Below are positions 11,601 to 24,593 of a stretch of DNA of 64,000 bases, piece after piece. Location: assembly GCA_053919585.1 (NCBI GenBank), contig CM132795.1; one strand, 5' to 3'. Below the pieces are notes generated by a model. The model saw only the letters and a program-made list of their open reading frames with translations, was not told the DNA's origin and did no database searches. Position 1 is the first letter of the stretch, and each line of letters begins with the position of its first letter. The translations under genes were made by a program, and so were the position numbers. Source of the DNA: Euprymna scolopes. Its lineage: Eukaryota.

Positions 11601-12919
11601 CAAAAAGGCCTATATAAGATCACTCAAGATTACATGGTAATTTTTTTAAACGCTATCAACAAGTCCAATAATTTGGCTGTCACTGATACCAGCGTAAGTG
11701 GCATCATTTGGCGAAAATGTCTCCCCCCCCCCTACTTTTTGAACAAACAATCGAAGACGGGGCAGATCTTTGTGGTGACTCCTGAAGCTTGTTTTATTAT
11801 AGGACGATGAGTGATCCAAACATATTTCCCAAAGTCTTTTTCCTGATACAACCATGGATTTAATAATACGCATCTTTTCGTACTCATGGAAAACATTTAT
11901 GTAATCTTCAAAAGTGCCAGTCGCCCTCTCCATAATCCTCAAAAAAGGACATAATTTGATTCCACCTGGGATATTTTATTTTCCTTCCAGAGTAGATCAA
12001 CATATCTTCTCTCATTCAAAACAATGATTTCTTTAAATGCATTCATTTTTTCTTTATCATAGGAAGAAAATTTAGACTCTCCGTCAATTACGATAGAATT
12101 AAGAGAAAAAAATTCTCAATTCCTCTCTCCACGGATAATTCCTAAAAGAAAAGTCCCCATGGATCAGGATATGAATGGATCGGATTCAATTTTTTCCCGA
12201 TAAGGTAATTCAAGCATTTCGGAAGACCACAAATGGAATTGGTGAAGGAAGAGGAACCACGTGGCTTCTTATTTTTCTTAAAATTCTGTGGTCTTAAGTG
12301 GGTTGGTTTAAGGTCAGTAACTCCTGGACTAAGGCGAAATTCTGCCTCATTAATATTAGTTATGAACTCATCGAAGTGAGGAATTACGAATTTAAGATTC
12401 AGTGCATCAGTGAATAAACGTGCTAAAGTAAAATGTTTTTCGGGATTTTTATTTCAGGGAAACTTCTGATGAAGCTTTATATTTTTAGTGCCTATAAATG
12501 TACTAATATGCACGTTAATAGGTTTCGAGTTCACATACTCTTGATAACCTAGTTTCTCATACACAGAGCTAGAAAAAAAAAAGAACAATGACTACTCGTG
12601 TGAATGAGATGATTTAAATATATGGGAGATCTTTTCCTCTCTTTACAGATAACTGCAACACTGAACTAATACATTCGTCGAGATTTCCCCACAAAGAGTT
12701 TAATCATTTTGGGGCACATTGCAGAAAAACGTGAGTTAGCCCTACATGCAATGCACAGGTAAGGAAACCCCTTTATCCCTGAACAGTTCGTTTTCTTTAT
12801 ATGAAACTAAACAATTTTTACATAAATTAAGCTCTAACACTCTTTTAATTCTGCCACCACAGATTTTCAACGTAAAGCAAATTTTGCTCTCTATCCCATG
12901 TTATTGCACAATTTACACG

Positions 12920-12959
<40 letters not shown>

Positions 12960-13860
12960 AAAAGCGGGTAGTTTTTGTGGACTAATTTCCCGCTTTTTAA
13001 TGAGGGTATCGCCATATTAATTTCAATGATTTCTGGGATGCTTTGTATTATCATCATAAGTAATGGGCATCTTGTCCTGGATCGAGACATCAACTCCTTA
13101 CGAATTTCACCAGGAATCCTTCTAAAGATAATATGAGCGACTAGCTTACCAGAAATTGAACCTTCTTCAAAAAATCTCCATTGAAAGAGTCATCCAATTT
13201 GGTCAAGTTTTCCCTAACACGATCTTTGTATTTCCTTAGTTGTATGAGGTTTTCAAGGGGCTTTATGGAACAAAGAATTTCGTTAAAATTTTTATTTTTT
13301 ATGTCATCTAGATTCCAAAGGCTATCTGGAAGTTTTCAGACGTAATGTCGAGCTCTGAAACTAACTCGAATGCCTGTTTACCCAATTTAGTCTTCCATAG
13401 CAGAAATTTATCAGCATCATCTTCTAAAGAGGTGTAAAATTTGAACTGTTTAAGAAAGGTTCGAAAATTAAATATATTTGATGGAGGGTTGTCTTAAAAA
13501 CTGGTCAATCTAAATCTAAACTTATTTTCAAGAATTTTTTTTTGACAGGTTGTACATTAATTTCCCTATTATTTTTCTGCAATTCAAATTTTGCAATAGT
13601 CTCACGAGCTCGTTGGGTAAATACTTGATATTCTTTCTAAATACTGATCCGCTTATCTTTCGTGCATTTTGTTAAAATTTGATCAACTAAATTTTCGCAA
13701 TCTGACAACTATCTCTTTATATTTGCAACACCAGAAGTTATTGTGGCGAGAGAAATATTATCCTCATTTACTTTTTCTATGGTTGCTTCAATTCGAACAC
13801 TTTTAGCCAAAAGTAACGCCTGGATATCTTTATGAGAGAAATATTTTGAAAAAATACAGC
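8660..13860 (-). pseudogene. BEL/Pao gag-pol polyprotein, fragmented
   Basis: ORF pieces 9381-9683 (integrase core), 9667-9849 (zinc-binding-like region), 9846-10055, 11262-11456 (YIDN RT motif), 11646-11942; many stops and frameshifts. Confidence 0.85.
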
Positions 13861-14128
13861 ACGCTTTAAAAAGTTAAATATCAATTAAATTTTAAAACAC
13901 AATCTGATTAATCACAGAATGATACTAAATATCAAATACAATAATTCAAGGTTCAATAATGTAATGACGTAATACAACATTCAAATTTATATTTTCGATA
14001 GAAGAACATTTTTTTTTAAGATAAGGTTGACAATCAACATTTAAACATAAAGATATATCATTATTGTGACAAATCAGGATGAACAAACTTGTGACAAGAC
14101 CTACAATACAGTTTTTGCAATAATTCAG

Positions 14129-14622
14129 TGTGGAATTCGCTCCCCGTAACTGAAAAGAATCGTGAAGGTTCGAAAATTTGCAAAGTGAACACTGACTATG
14201 AAATTGTAACTTTTATATGCAAAACCTTTGGATAGCTTAGCTTGGATCCTTCCGACCAGTTAGATGACGTTTTTCTTTTTTTTTAACTCCCTTCAACGTA
14301 AACGAGTTGAGGGTTGTTGACATTGATTCCTTTTACGTCTAGCTATAATGTTCACTTGTATCCTTGGCGGGATTATTTGAGCATCATTGAGTAATGTCCT
14401 CTAACGAAGGAGAAATAACAATCTATGCTCCCTTATCGGGGAAGAAAAAATCCTTTTAGACTGAGGAAGAAAGGGAGTTCAAAACTTGAAGAATCACGAT
14501 TTAATTATCGCAACAAAATTGAAAGTACAATAACGTCAAAAATATGTTTCTAAAAGGGGAAATGAATACAAGATCCCAGTTTAGGGAAGGCGGGAAAAAC
14601 ATTCCCTAAAAACCACTATTGT
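14129..14622 (-). repeat. BEL repeat, right copy, left part (continues at 19732-19863)
   Basis: Homology to 6395-6935 stops at the Academ TIR and resumes directly after it. Confidence 0.8.
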
Positions 14623-17600
14623 TAGTCCAGTCAAAATACGAAATGATACAAAAAAATTGCAATATCTTATTTTTTTTGCGGTCTTATGCCAGGTTGGGGT
14701 TACTATATATCATACTAAAAGTTGGACAAGATTCGAGCATGGGAAAGTTGTAAATTTTGAGGTTCAATATTTTTGACTTACGAGTCATTTTCCATTATGT
14801 TTTAAAGCACTAACTCCACCAATTTTCATGATGAACCCATAAATCTTGCATTTTTACCCACGTTTTCAAGATCAATCTTTCACATGGAATTGTTGCAAGT
14901 GATGTGAATTCCCCCATTTATACCATATCTATGGTTACACCTACTCCACCCCCATTCATAAAAGTCAGTATTTCTGCAAAGTTTTCACACTTCTTCCTCC
15001 TCATCCTCATCATCTATGACTGTAGCTCTTTTCATATTGTGACAGTTGCCATCTTGGCAATGTCCACATGCACTGGTACATTCTAGTTCATGCTTTCTGC
15101 CGGTGCACCTTAGGGTAATGCATCCTTCCAAACAATTGCAATGAATCATCTGAATCAGTTCATCTGAAGCAGCACTTTTATCAGTCATCACAGGAACAAG
15201 TTTGTCTCTTTTTACCTTCCATCCCCATTCAGATGGTGCCGTTTCATTACTACACCTCATCCATTCCATAATCTGGTAGTATGTCCGCAGAGAATGAAAT
15301 CTATAGGCAGAGTCAGTTGGAGGGAGTCGTTCTAGCTTGATGAAGATCTTTGCCCTTGCAACTTTTTTGCCGAGCATATTGTATCTAACCGACGCTAGCG
15401 AGTCCTTCTGATCTCCATTGGACAATGATATCATTGCCTTAGAACCATTGGTTTCCACAACATCCTGCGTTTGTTTTGGTTGAGAAAATACTTTTGAACA
15501 GTCTATCATTGTTTTTTCTCTTTTGATGATTTGTTGTAACTCTGAATCACATCCTGTAAAGGCATGCAGAAACAATAGGTCTTTGAAAACTGCTCCACTA
15601 AGCACCTATTTGAGAACCTCAATCTAATAGAAGTAGCGGAAATAGAGTGCAGCAGATTTGGAAACATCTGTATGAAACAGCAAGAAAACAAGAAGATCTG
15701 TGTCTTCTCCAATAAGGCTTGTTGATCTAAAAACAGACAAACTGATGGCTGCCTTTGCAATTTCAACGTCAGCATCTGCTTCTGCTTGAATAACATCACA
15801 TCCTTTCTGTTTCATTCGTTCCATGATCAGTTGGATAAGTGCCTGCTTTTTTGCCCGATTTGACAAGAAATCCTCCCTTTTCCCAGAAAATATTGTCGCC
15901 TCGGTAATGTTCACCTTCTTTACATTCAACTTTCGACTTCGCATCTGATGTGCACAGTCCTTTATACTTGGTCCAATATCATAGTCATCAAACATCACAG
16001 TTGCTCTTTCATAGTTTTCGATAGTGAATGAAGCATAATCGTTTGCAATTGAACTGTAGGTTCTACCTTCCTTCCATTTCAGACGATGAAGCAGAGATCA
16101 TCTGTCTAGTACGATGTGCTCTGTGACTAGAACAGTTTGCTGCACACCACTGTCTGATTTTGTTTTGACATAGTTTCTGTTGCGGTTTGGCAAGAGGCCT
16201 TTTCCCTCAAACAAAGACATCGGGTATAAACACAGTTCATAAGATATGACATCATCTAGTTGTAGATTTCCCGTCTGAGAAACTACAAGAAACCTCTGAA
16301 ACAGGAGCGTTGGGTCAATGCTACGATCTGCCGACACTTTCACGTTCTTGCTGGATGCTAGAGTCTTTACATTCAAACTTCGTTTGTGAGAGAAGGAAAA
16401 CACCCATTGTCCGTCCATTTTTTTTTTTCGATGTCCCTTCCGATTTTGAAGAGTTTATGCACATTGACGTCTTTGTTAATATTGATTCCTGTGATGATAT
16501 TTCGTAATGATTCATAAGTTGAAAACGATTAACACTGTTTATTTTTTCTGCCACCTTTCTGAGGTCTATCTCATCTCTTTTCAACTGAGAGGCAGACAAC
16601 TCCTTAGGTTTTTCATTTGTTATGTAAGTTTTTGTAGTAAGATTTTGCACAGCAAGGTTGTAAAGAGATGACACAGTAGATGACATAACCCAAACATTTC
16701 TCTGGTGCTCCGATATTCCACTCCCTCACATCAATCTGCCTTGGCTTTTAAGTGAGCGCATTAATATCTGTTCGATCACAAGATCTGAGCCAAGACCAGC
16801 CAAGTATTGACTGGTGCATCGGATTACATGAAACCTAGATTGGAACTTCTGATGCACTACAGGATTGTCATCTTTCAATGCATACATCTTCTAGAGATAC
16901 AGACGTGCCGACTTCAAATAATTGAGATGGCCAGTGGCCGTAAATATTTGGAGGCAAGCTGAGACAGCATTTAGATGTATCTCCCAAGATCCCATCCTAT
17001 CAGCTGAAACAAGTGCCCTAACTATACTTAACATATGCTGATAATTAATCCATAGCTTGCTGGTTTTGGAGGCCCTTGACAGTTCATCCTTTTTCTCAGT
17101 TAAAGTGTTGTGAACTATTTTTATGCAATCTGATTCGATTAATGAATTTAAATCACACTCGCCAGTCCCAATCAAAATATACAATCGCTCAAGTTCCTCC
17201 ACTTGGTTCTAAAACTCAGGATGATCTTCCATGATCTTGACAACAATCTGACATGTGAAACACTGATCCACTATACTATCTCCATAATCTCCTTGAGTCC
17301 AGTGCCATCCATGAACATTCCAATGGCACTCAATACATTCATGAAGGTATGGAAGGTGCCAAGCAACAGTATCACATCCCTAATTGGACTATCATTTGTA
17401 ACAGCGTTCATGATTTCAGATGCCTTCCAAAATAGCGGTTGATCAAAAGTTATGATAGTCGACATATTGTGTTTTGACGATAGACTATAGATAATCTACG
17501 GTGGAAAGGATACATGCTTTATCTATGGGGTTCATGTATATCATTGGAAGAAATTGTGCCAAAGATTTTCCTGGATATTTGCAGTCCTTATGCAGCAGGT

Positions 17601-19731
17601 ACATCATGCCTTGCCAACTGAGCGTACTTTTGTGGAAGTGAAAAGACATTTCCCAAAAAATGTCCACTTTGCGATCACAGATATCAGATGTATATGAGAC
17701 CGACATAAATTCTAAACAACGATTGACATGCTTTGAAAAGCAATAATCTTTAATCTTCGTCATTTCGAGAAGTTTCAAGTCGGACATTTTTTATCATGAT
17801 ATACTATGACTGACTTGCTTCCCGGGTGTAATGGCTGCAATTATTCCCATTCCATGGAAAGTACCCTTTCCATCCAATGTTATAATGTTATGATCCACGT
17901 TGTCTCCTGCAAACAACACGGTCTGACCAAGAATGTCCATGTCACTGCCTAACACATCTGGAGCAAGTGAACATGCTGCATTCAATTCAAACCTTTTTAC
18001 CTCTTGATACGATGAAGCAAATCCCATGGTTGAAAGACTATCAATCAAGAATCGTGATCTGTACAAGTGGTGCATTTTCACTGCAACACCAAGCTGTAGA
18101 GGCGCAATAACAGTTCTTGGGCGCACTGCTTGAACAACTGCTTGTCTGATGCTAGCAACGTTTCTAGACGTGTCCTTCCCAACAAACAGATGTTGTAACA
18201 AGAACCACAAACATGTTGGGATAGAATCTAATGCAGCTGCTAGTTTTAGTTCTTCAGTTGTTGGATAAATATCCTCCCTTGATACAACTGTTGTCTTGAT
18301 ATCAGCTTTGATGAATTTTGCTGCAGTTTGGAGAATTTCTCGTTTCTGTGCTTCCTTATCGTCCCCCCGAGGTGACTGTAGTATTCAGGAAGAATGTCAC
18401 AGGTTTTCCCCCTAAATGTCACAATGTTTTTTGACACCACTATGGCTGTCAGTCGAGAATATTCAGTTCCCATATCAACTGAGCAGCTTTTCTTTGAGAT
18501 ACTGATTTCCGTATGCCGTGGATTTACTACCATGCAAGTATTCTCCCATTTTAGTGACAAGGTCTGATATCGTTAGCTGTTCTTCATCATTTTCCTCTAG
18601 GAATTCACAAACACGCCCGAATGTCTTATCCTGATCGCTATCCTTTGATCTTCCACTTTTTCACCATTTAGTGGATTCAGCTGATGTGAATTGTCTTGGA
18701 ATATTCCGCATTGTAGGGAAGTTGACCCTACATGACTTGTGGAAAACACAGTCTGCTGTGCGAAGATCCCCACCAAAATATTTGATCCTGCTTTGAGCAG
18801 TAGTAGCCCACTCATCCTTTCTGGTTTTGCAATGGACCAATATAGTTTGAACAAATGCATCTGTCTTCATATAGAAAACCCTTTCGTCACGTTTTCGTTT
18901 TAGGTATTTTTTCATAGTAAAAGTTCCACAGAATAAACAACGTGTTCTACTGTCATATGGTCCCAGAGAAACCCAAACACTCCTTTTCACATAGAATCAC
19001 CCTTGCTGGAGGTAATAGCAATGTCTTTTTTGTTGATGTGGTTTACTTGACACATTTTGTGAACTCGAGTTCCTGCTTCAACCTGGACTTTCACGCCTCT
19101 TTTGATTAATGCCCTCAGCACCTTTTCCCCGAATCACCAGGGTCGGTTCACCATTAAAATCTTGTTCACACAAAGGACAGGTTTCTCCGTTGGCTGAATT
19201 CATGTTTTACTCTGAAAATATATGCATACAGTGCATTAGTATATGCCAGTATGTGAACCAGGTTGAGTACAACAATAAAGGAGGGGTCAAAAATCAACCA
19301 TTTTATGTGAAAGATTGACCCTGAAAACATGAGTCAAAATGCAAAATTCATTGGTTTATCATGAAAATTGGCAGAGTTAGTGTTCTGAATGGGGGTGGGG
19401 GGTAGGTGTAACCATAGATATAGTATAAAGTGGGAATCCACATCACTGACAACCATTCCATGTGAAAGATTGATCCTGAAAACGTGGGTAAAAATGCAAG
19501 ATTTATGGGTTCATCATGGAAATTGGCGGAGTTAGTGCTTTTAAATATAATGGAAAATGACTCGTAAGTCAAAAATATAGAACCTCAAAATTTACAACTT
19601 TCCCATGCTCAAATTTTGTCCAACTTTTAGTATGATATATAGTAGACCCAACCTGACATAAGATCGCAAAAAAATAAAATATTGTAATGTTTTGGGGTTG
19701 GGGTATTTTTAGCGTCAAATTGAATGGACTA
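14623..19731 (-). mobile_element. Academ (AcademX-type) DNA transposon with ~340-bp TIRs
   Basis: TAGTCCA...TGGACTA termini; long TIRs 14623-~14960 and ~19385-19731; encoded domains match the Academ transposase + XPG nuclease + Cys8 finger architecture. TSD not cleanly resolved. Confidence 0.85.
14985..19203 (-). pseudogene. Academ transposase-XPG nuclease-Cys8 protein, frameshifted
   Basis: GDNVDHNIITLDGKGTFHGMG, ITFDQPLFWKA, LGTFH (transposase); AEADAD...EDTDL and HAFTGCD (XPG/FEN1-like); LPPT...HSLR..YQ...W; C-terminal CNCLEGC...C...C...CGHC...C. Confidence 0.85.
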
Positions 19732-19863
19732 ATTATCCAATACAATTCGACATATTTACTCGTCGTGAAATTTTTACAGAAACTAATGTTTCGCTTGCTT
19801 TGAGTTTGGCGCGAAAAACAAAGTCTCCAACAAAATCTTACCCACGAGATTTGTCTAAAAATA
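19732..19863 (-). repeat. BEL repeat, right copy, right part
   Basis: Matches ~6940-7069. Confidence 0.8.
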
Positions 19864-20397
19864 ATATTAGTCTAAAATGAATCTTGCAATGGATTCTGTT
19901 TTCTTGTTTATTATATATGTGGATTAGTAGATTATACTGAAATTTTTGCTAAATATATCTTCATGACTGGATAATTATACGGCCCGGTAAGACTTATTTA
20001 CTTTACAGTTCTCAGTTTGCTGGAACTGTTCACTTTCCTGTAGTTAATATTGATATTCCCTGAAGCTACGATGTTCTTTCTACATAAGCATTCACACAAT
20101 TTCAAATTATGTCGTTGGTAATAAAAAAAAACAACATATTTTAGATTTTTGTAATGAATATAGTAATATAAGTCGTAACTCGATGACCCCTGATTCATTC
20201 GGTCAACGTTGGTACATTATACGAAAGTATATACGTTTAGTGCCGACCGAGAAGTAAAATAAATATTTTCAAATTACATCCAGAGTTAGACAACAAAGTC
20301 ACAGTCTAGTTTCAATACATCAACAAGTGGCAGAATTACACGAATGTATGAACGTTGGTACATTGTGTATTAAAAAAAAAAAGAAATCTTATTCACC

Positions 20398-20650
20398 ATA
20401 GGCAGGTTGAACCAGCTTTTTCCAAAGGAGGAAGTTTCTAGGGAATATTTAATTCATGAGTTGTTTTCAGTCGCATGAATATCCTGGTGAGAGGAACTGA
20501 CCACGTTAGATTTTACAATTTTTTCATGGAGAGATCGATATCCTCCCACATACAGCGCCTGGTATTCCAAAATGGTCACCCATTTATTATTGACCAGACT
20601 CAACATCACTTAACTTCAGTGATCTAACGAGTACGTCAAAGTAATTATTC
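20398..20650 (-). mobile_element. 5S-derived SINE (SINE3-like), family B copy 1
   Basis: Minus strand: 5S-like head (GATCACTGAAGTTAAG...GGGTGACCATTTTGGAATACCAGGCGCTGTA) followed by a body homologous to 57600-57745. Confidence 0.75.
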
Positions 20651-23184
20651 CATATTCATTGCATTATAGATAATAAGTTCTTTTCTTTTTTATGTATTTT
20701 TTGTTTACATCATCCCTATAGTCTTTTTTCTCTTTTTTCTTTGTGCTATTTATTTATGTTCTCCTCTCACTTCTTTTTTGTACATTTCTGTTGCTACTCT
20801 TGCTCCTCATATTCCCTTTTTCTAATCATTACTCTCTCCTCCATTTCTTCCCACATCGCGTCACATTCGCTCTTCCTCCCACCATCTAAAACATTCCATG
20901 TGCAGAGTTTTAGTATTATACTAGAATAGACACCTAGTGTTGCCTAGTAATGCATGAGAATTACTGTGTGCTCCTTCTCCCAGCCCAGAACTACCAGCTT
21001 TATAATGTTTTGTAATCTTCGAGTCAGTAATAAAATATAGAACATTCTATTAATAGGATATTATATTTTTCGAAAATATCAGTCAAACATTTCTAAACAT
21101 AGACAAATACGAACAAAAAGCACACTGTTTCCCTGTTCCAAACGCTCCTCTTTTTCTTTTCTTTTAACTCTCCTTTCGTTCTTACTTCTGTTACTCACTT
21201 TTTCTTTTTTATTGACTCTTTTTTCTCCTGTGCAGCTAATGTTACCTTTCTCTCTTTGTTGAGTGTAAATAAAAATTTGAGTTTCACTTTAAAATTTTAC
21301 AAACATATTTCTAATAACAACCGCTTCACGCCAGAGTTTATAAAAACAATGATTTATTTACTATAAATGTCATTTGGTGACAAGGCTTGCAAAATAACGA
21401 GCGAGATGAGGTTATATGGATAGGTTGTGTTGGCTTTTGCGAGCGACAGTGGAAATGTCATGCACGCTAGCCTCTAGCTTTCTATTCTCTGTTCTTTCTC
21501 TGTTATTTTCTTATATTTACATTTCATAAATCGGAATTCGATTCTCCTATTCTTTTGTGTTTTGCGCAATTCTAACACAGGCTTAACTGTTGGATGTCAA
21601 TTGTTTCTATTTTAGGTCATTTTCCAGGACTCCAACTCTTCGAGCGGAATGTACCGTTGATGTCATCGCTCAGCAATCAGTAATCTCTTTGCCATTGAAT
21701 GTTTGCACAATCTGATATTTTCCGATGTCGCTCGTCACCTATGCTATAATACATTCCTACCATCACTAAAAATCCCCCTGTTTCTTATACTCCCGTCACT
21801 CCTCGTTTAATCGCTATATAAAACATTCAATTTGCAAACAAGTAAGCCAGCAAAATGATCTAAGTTTTAGTATTATACTAGTCCCCAGCTATTTAAACGG
21901 TTCCCCTTATAAATGAGCGGCTAAATTTGGCCATATAAATAAAACATCATAAAAGATTTCATACCGCCTCCTTTTTAGTTTGATAGATGACGTCATATCT
22001 GCAAAGTCATCCATTATGCGCGATTATCCCCGTCTATGTTTTAATGTATGCCATCACCATTTAGCATTTCCACGCAAAATCAACAGAGTCTAGACGCTTA
22101 TTAAAGTGTCTTTTTCCCCTGTTGGCTAGCTATGGTTGGATGTAGTTTTGTGCAGTTCTAGGAGGTCCACTCTTCCAGATCGTTGTCTCCCTTATTTCGG
22201 GCGGAGTAAGTTTATTACCTACTGCCTGAGGCACTCCCACCGGAGAATGCCGACGGGGTTCCCATACAATTTTTAATAGACCAGAGTGCTCTTCGTTTAA
22301 GGGCTTAACTCCCCTCCCACCTTCCGGTCTTGTGTCACATCTTTCTGCAGTGGGAACTAAACAATAGCTTAAGCCTTTTGCGTGCTGGTAGTGAGACCGA
22401 AGGTATTACAATAAAGATCGCCTTCTTGCCGGCATGTTAATGACGTTAATCATTTATGACGTTTCGTTAAAACAATAACGTCAGAGTCGAATATGTTTTG
22501 TTAACTTTTTTGGTAAGGTTATCAGGAGTTTCCTTTCTTTCTGTTTTCTTTGTCAGCCATTGAATTCATATTGGACAATGCTGACATAATTTTGTCTTTT
22601 CGTAAAATATTTAAAAAAACTGCAGCCGATCTGTGATTATTATATACGGACTCTTTCATTAATTCGATCATAAAACAGACATACTAAAAAGCAAAAAGGG
22701 GAAATATTCGATCCTCCAAAGCACGGAATTACCATTCGGAAGTCTACCCTAATATATTATTCTGCGTAATCGCGAAAAGCGAATTTCAACACATGTACAA
22801 ATTTATACGCGAATCAGTTCTGGTACAGCCTCGTTAATTTCTCATTGAATCCACATCTTTCGATAGTATTTGTAAAGACTCTAAATCAGATGGATATCAG
22901 CCAATAAGACGATAAAACACTTGAAATGTTTCGTCCTGACTATTACTGTAACAACGAAATACAAATTAATTAGTTCTTTCTAACTTTTGGTTCAGCATAT
23001 ATTGTGTAAGAGAATAAGTTTCTGTTAAAGTAGATCTCACGTCTCAACGAAATCTTAGAGTGTTCATTGTTTGGTGATGATCGAATCAAGAAAACATCAG
23101 TTATTAAACGTACCTGTGCAATTTTCTTTTAATAATAACGAGAAGAATTAGGAGTGACAGTTTATTTCTTTGGTTTTATCAATC

Positions 23185-23320
23185 AGCATTGACGTTGTGG
23201 TGTACTTGGCTAATGAATATGATCGATAATGAATGACTTCTGTGAGAGGCGTTCAAAAGCCGGAAGTTATTTTAATGGTAACCGGTTCAAACGAAAGCTG
23301 TAATAAACCGGAAACGGAAA
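23185..23320 (+). promoter_or_regulatory. Candidate promoter of the 24024 ORF
   Basis: TGACGT (23190), CCGGAAGT (23260), ACCGGAAAC (23307) clustered; possible 5'-UTR intron 23559-23779 (G|GTAATC ... TTTCTTTCTCAG|G). Confidence 0.35.
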
Positions 23321-24023
23321 GGAATTAAAACGAAAAAGAAAAACGCAGGACCATAGACGAGAAATCGAGTTGGAAAACTTTAAAAAGAAAAAAAAAAAAA
23401 TTTTAATTCAAAGATCTTGGGAGTGTTAGTTGTAAAAGAATCGTTTTGGCTTGCGCCTAATTTTACAATTAAAAATAAATTTAAGAAAAGGGAGTAAAAA
23501 TCGAGCAAGAAATAGAGATAAAAAGATCGTATGCCTTTTTTTTTTACTAGTTTTAACGGTAATCAGCAACGGTGCAGCTGATTCACGAATAGCGCGTGAT
23601 TCTTGATTGTCTCTTCGTAATGACTATATATCCCATGGAATACTAACGATGTATGTGATATAGTCTTAGCACATTTCACATACACCTAGAAGCATAAGCG
23701 TGTTTAATCGCAATTCGCAAACATGAACGTTTTATAATTCATTTAAAAACAGATACCAACATTCAGTTTTCTTTCTCAGGATAGTTGGATCCTTTTTTCT
23801 TTGCCTGCTCCAATTGAACGATGTCTAAAAAGCATGTTTTATACTGATATATGTTTATACATTTTTACTTTGAAACTTACATTAATTTATTTTTCCTTAA
23901 TTCATCCGTACATTCCCTTTTCCATTGGATATTTTCGAACTATGCACACTTGTACTATGAGTTGAAAAAAACATGTCCATTGAAATATTAGTAAAATTAT
24001 AAAAAAATAATTTCAAAGTTGAA

Positions 24024-24593
24024 ATGGAAAAAAAAGTAGAATTCAATAACATACCAACTGTACTTTCTCCTGAAGGCACCACAGTGTCAGATTCAGAGCT
24101 GGGTGGGCATTCAAGGAGACTCATAGAAGAACGACGTGCCACACCCTATGAGCACGTTATTGAAATAAAAGATAATTCATCTGTCGTCCTGATGGAGTTG
24201 AAGAAACTTGTTAAAAATATACAGTCCGGGGAAGAAAAAAGATTATCAAGTTCATCAAAAGACGAAACCCCTGTTGAATGCGCAAAGAAAGCCAAAAGGG
24301 AATCGTTTGCTGTTTTTACTGTTGGTCGCAAAGGTCGACGACACATTTTCTCAACTTTTAAAATGAAACTATTCACTATTACATATTTCTTCATCTTCAT
24401 TGTCATAATATGTGTGACAGTTTTCACCCCATCGCTGGCAACAAACGTTCACTATTTTGTTGGTCTACTTCTAACCATCTATTGTTTGTCTTATGCTGTG
24501 GTGTTCATTTTAATTTGTAATCAGTATCAGCAAAGGCAAAGTTTGTGGACGGTGAGCATGAACCCAAACGATTGTCGGACAACCTTTCCATGA
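24024..24593 (+). CDS. Hypothetical 189-aa protein with two predicted transmembrane helices
   Basis: Longest non-TE, non-low-complexity ORF; context GAAATGG; hydrophilic N-terminus, basic cluster GRKGRRH, hydrophobic stretches ~aa116-135 and ~aa144-165; AATAAA at 24710-24715. No recognised family. Confidence 0.6.
   Translation: MEKKVEFNNIPTVLSPEGTTVSDSELGGHSRRLIEERRATPYEHVIEIKDNSSVVLMELKKLVKNIQSGEEKRLSSSSKDETPVECAKKAKRESFAVFTVGRKGRRHIFSTFKMKLFTITYFFIFIVIICVTVFTPSLATNVHYFVGLLLTIYCLSYAVVFILICNQYQQRQSLWTVSMNPNDCRTTFP

Larger units (their letters stand above)
6395..19863 (-). mobile_element. BEL/Pao LTR retrotransposon, decayed, with nested insertions
   Basis: Minus-strand RT (KAFLQIRL...NFYIDNL), Pao RNase H-like region (VAPLKRKILRTLELMA) and integrase (VNFTGQVWVK...KMYILLFTC...DMSTWSFLL...YSDNAKTF) in BEL order; flanked by homologous direct repeats 6395-7069 and 14129-14622 + 19732-19863. 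Confidence 0.85.

Noticed and set aside
8876-11640. Plus-strand ORFs over the BEL element (and similar antisense ORFs over Academ and the LINEs)
   Set aside because: Shadow frames opposite recognisable minus-strand TE coding sequence.
20213-20230. loxP half-site-like TACATTATACGAAAGTAT
   Set aside because: Partial, imperfect and without a second arm; chance similarity.
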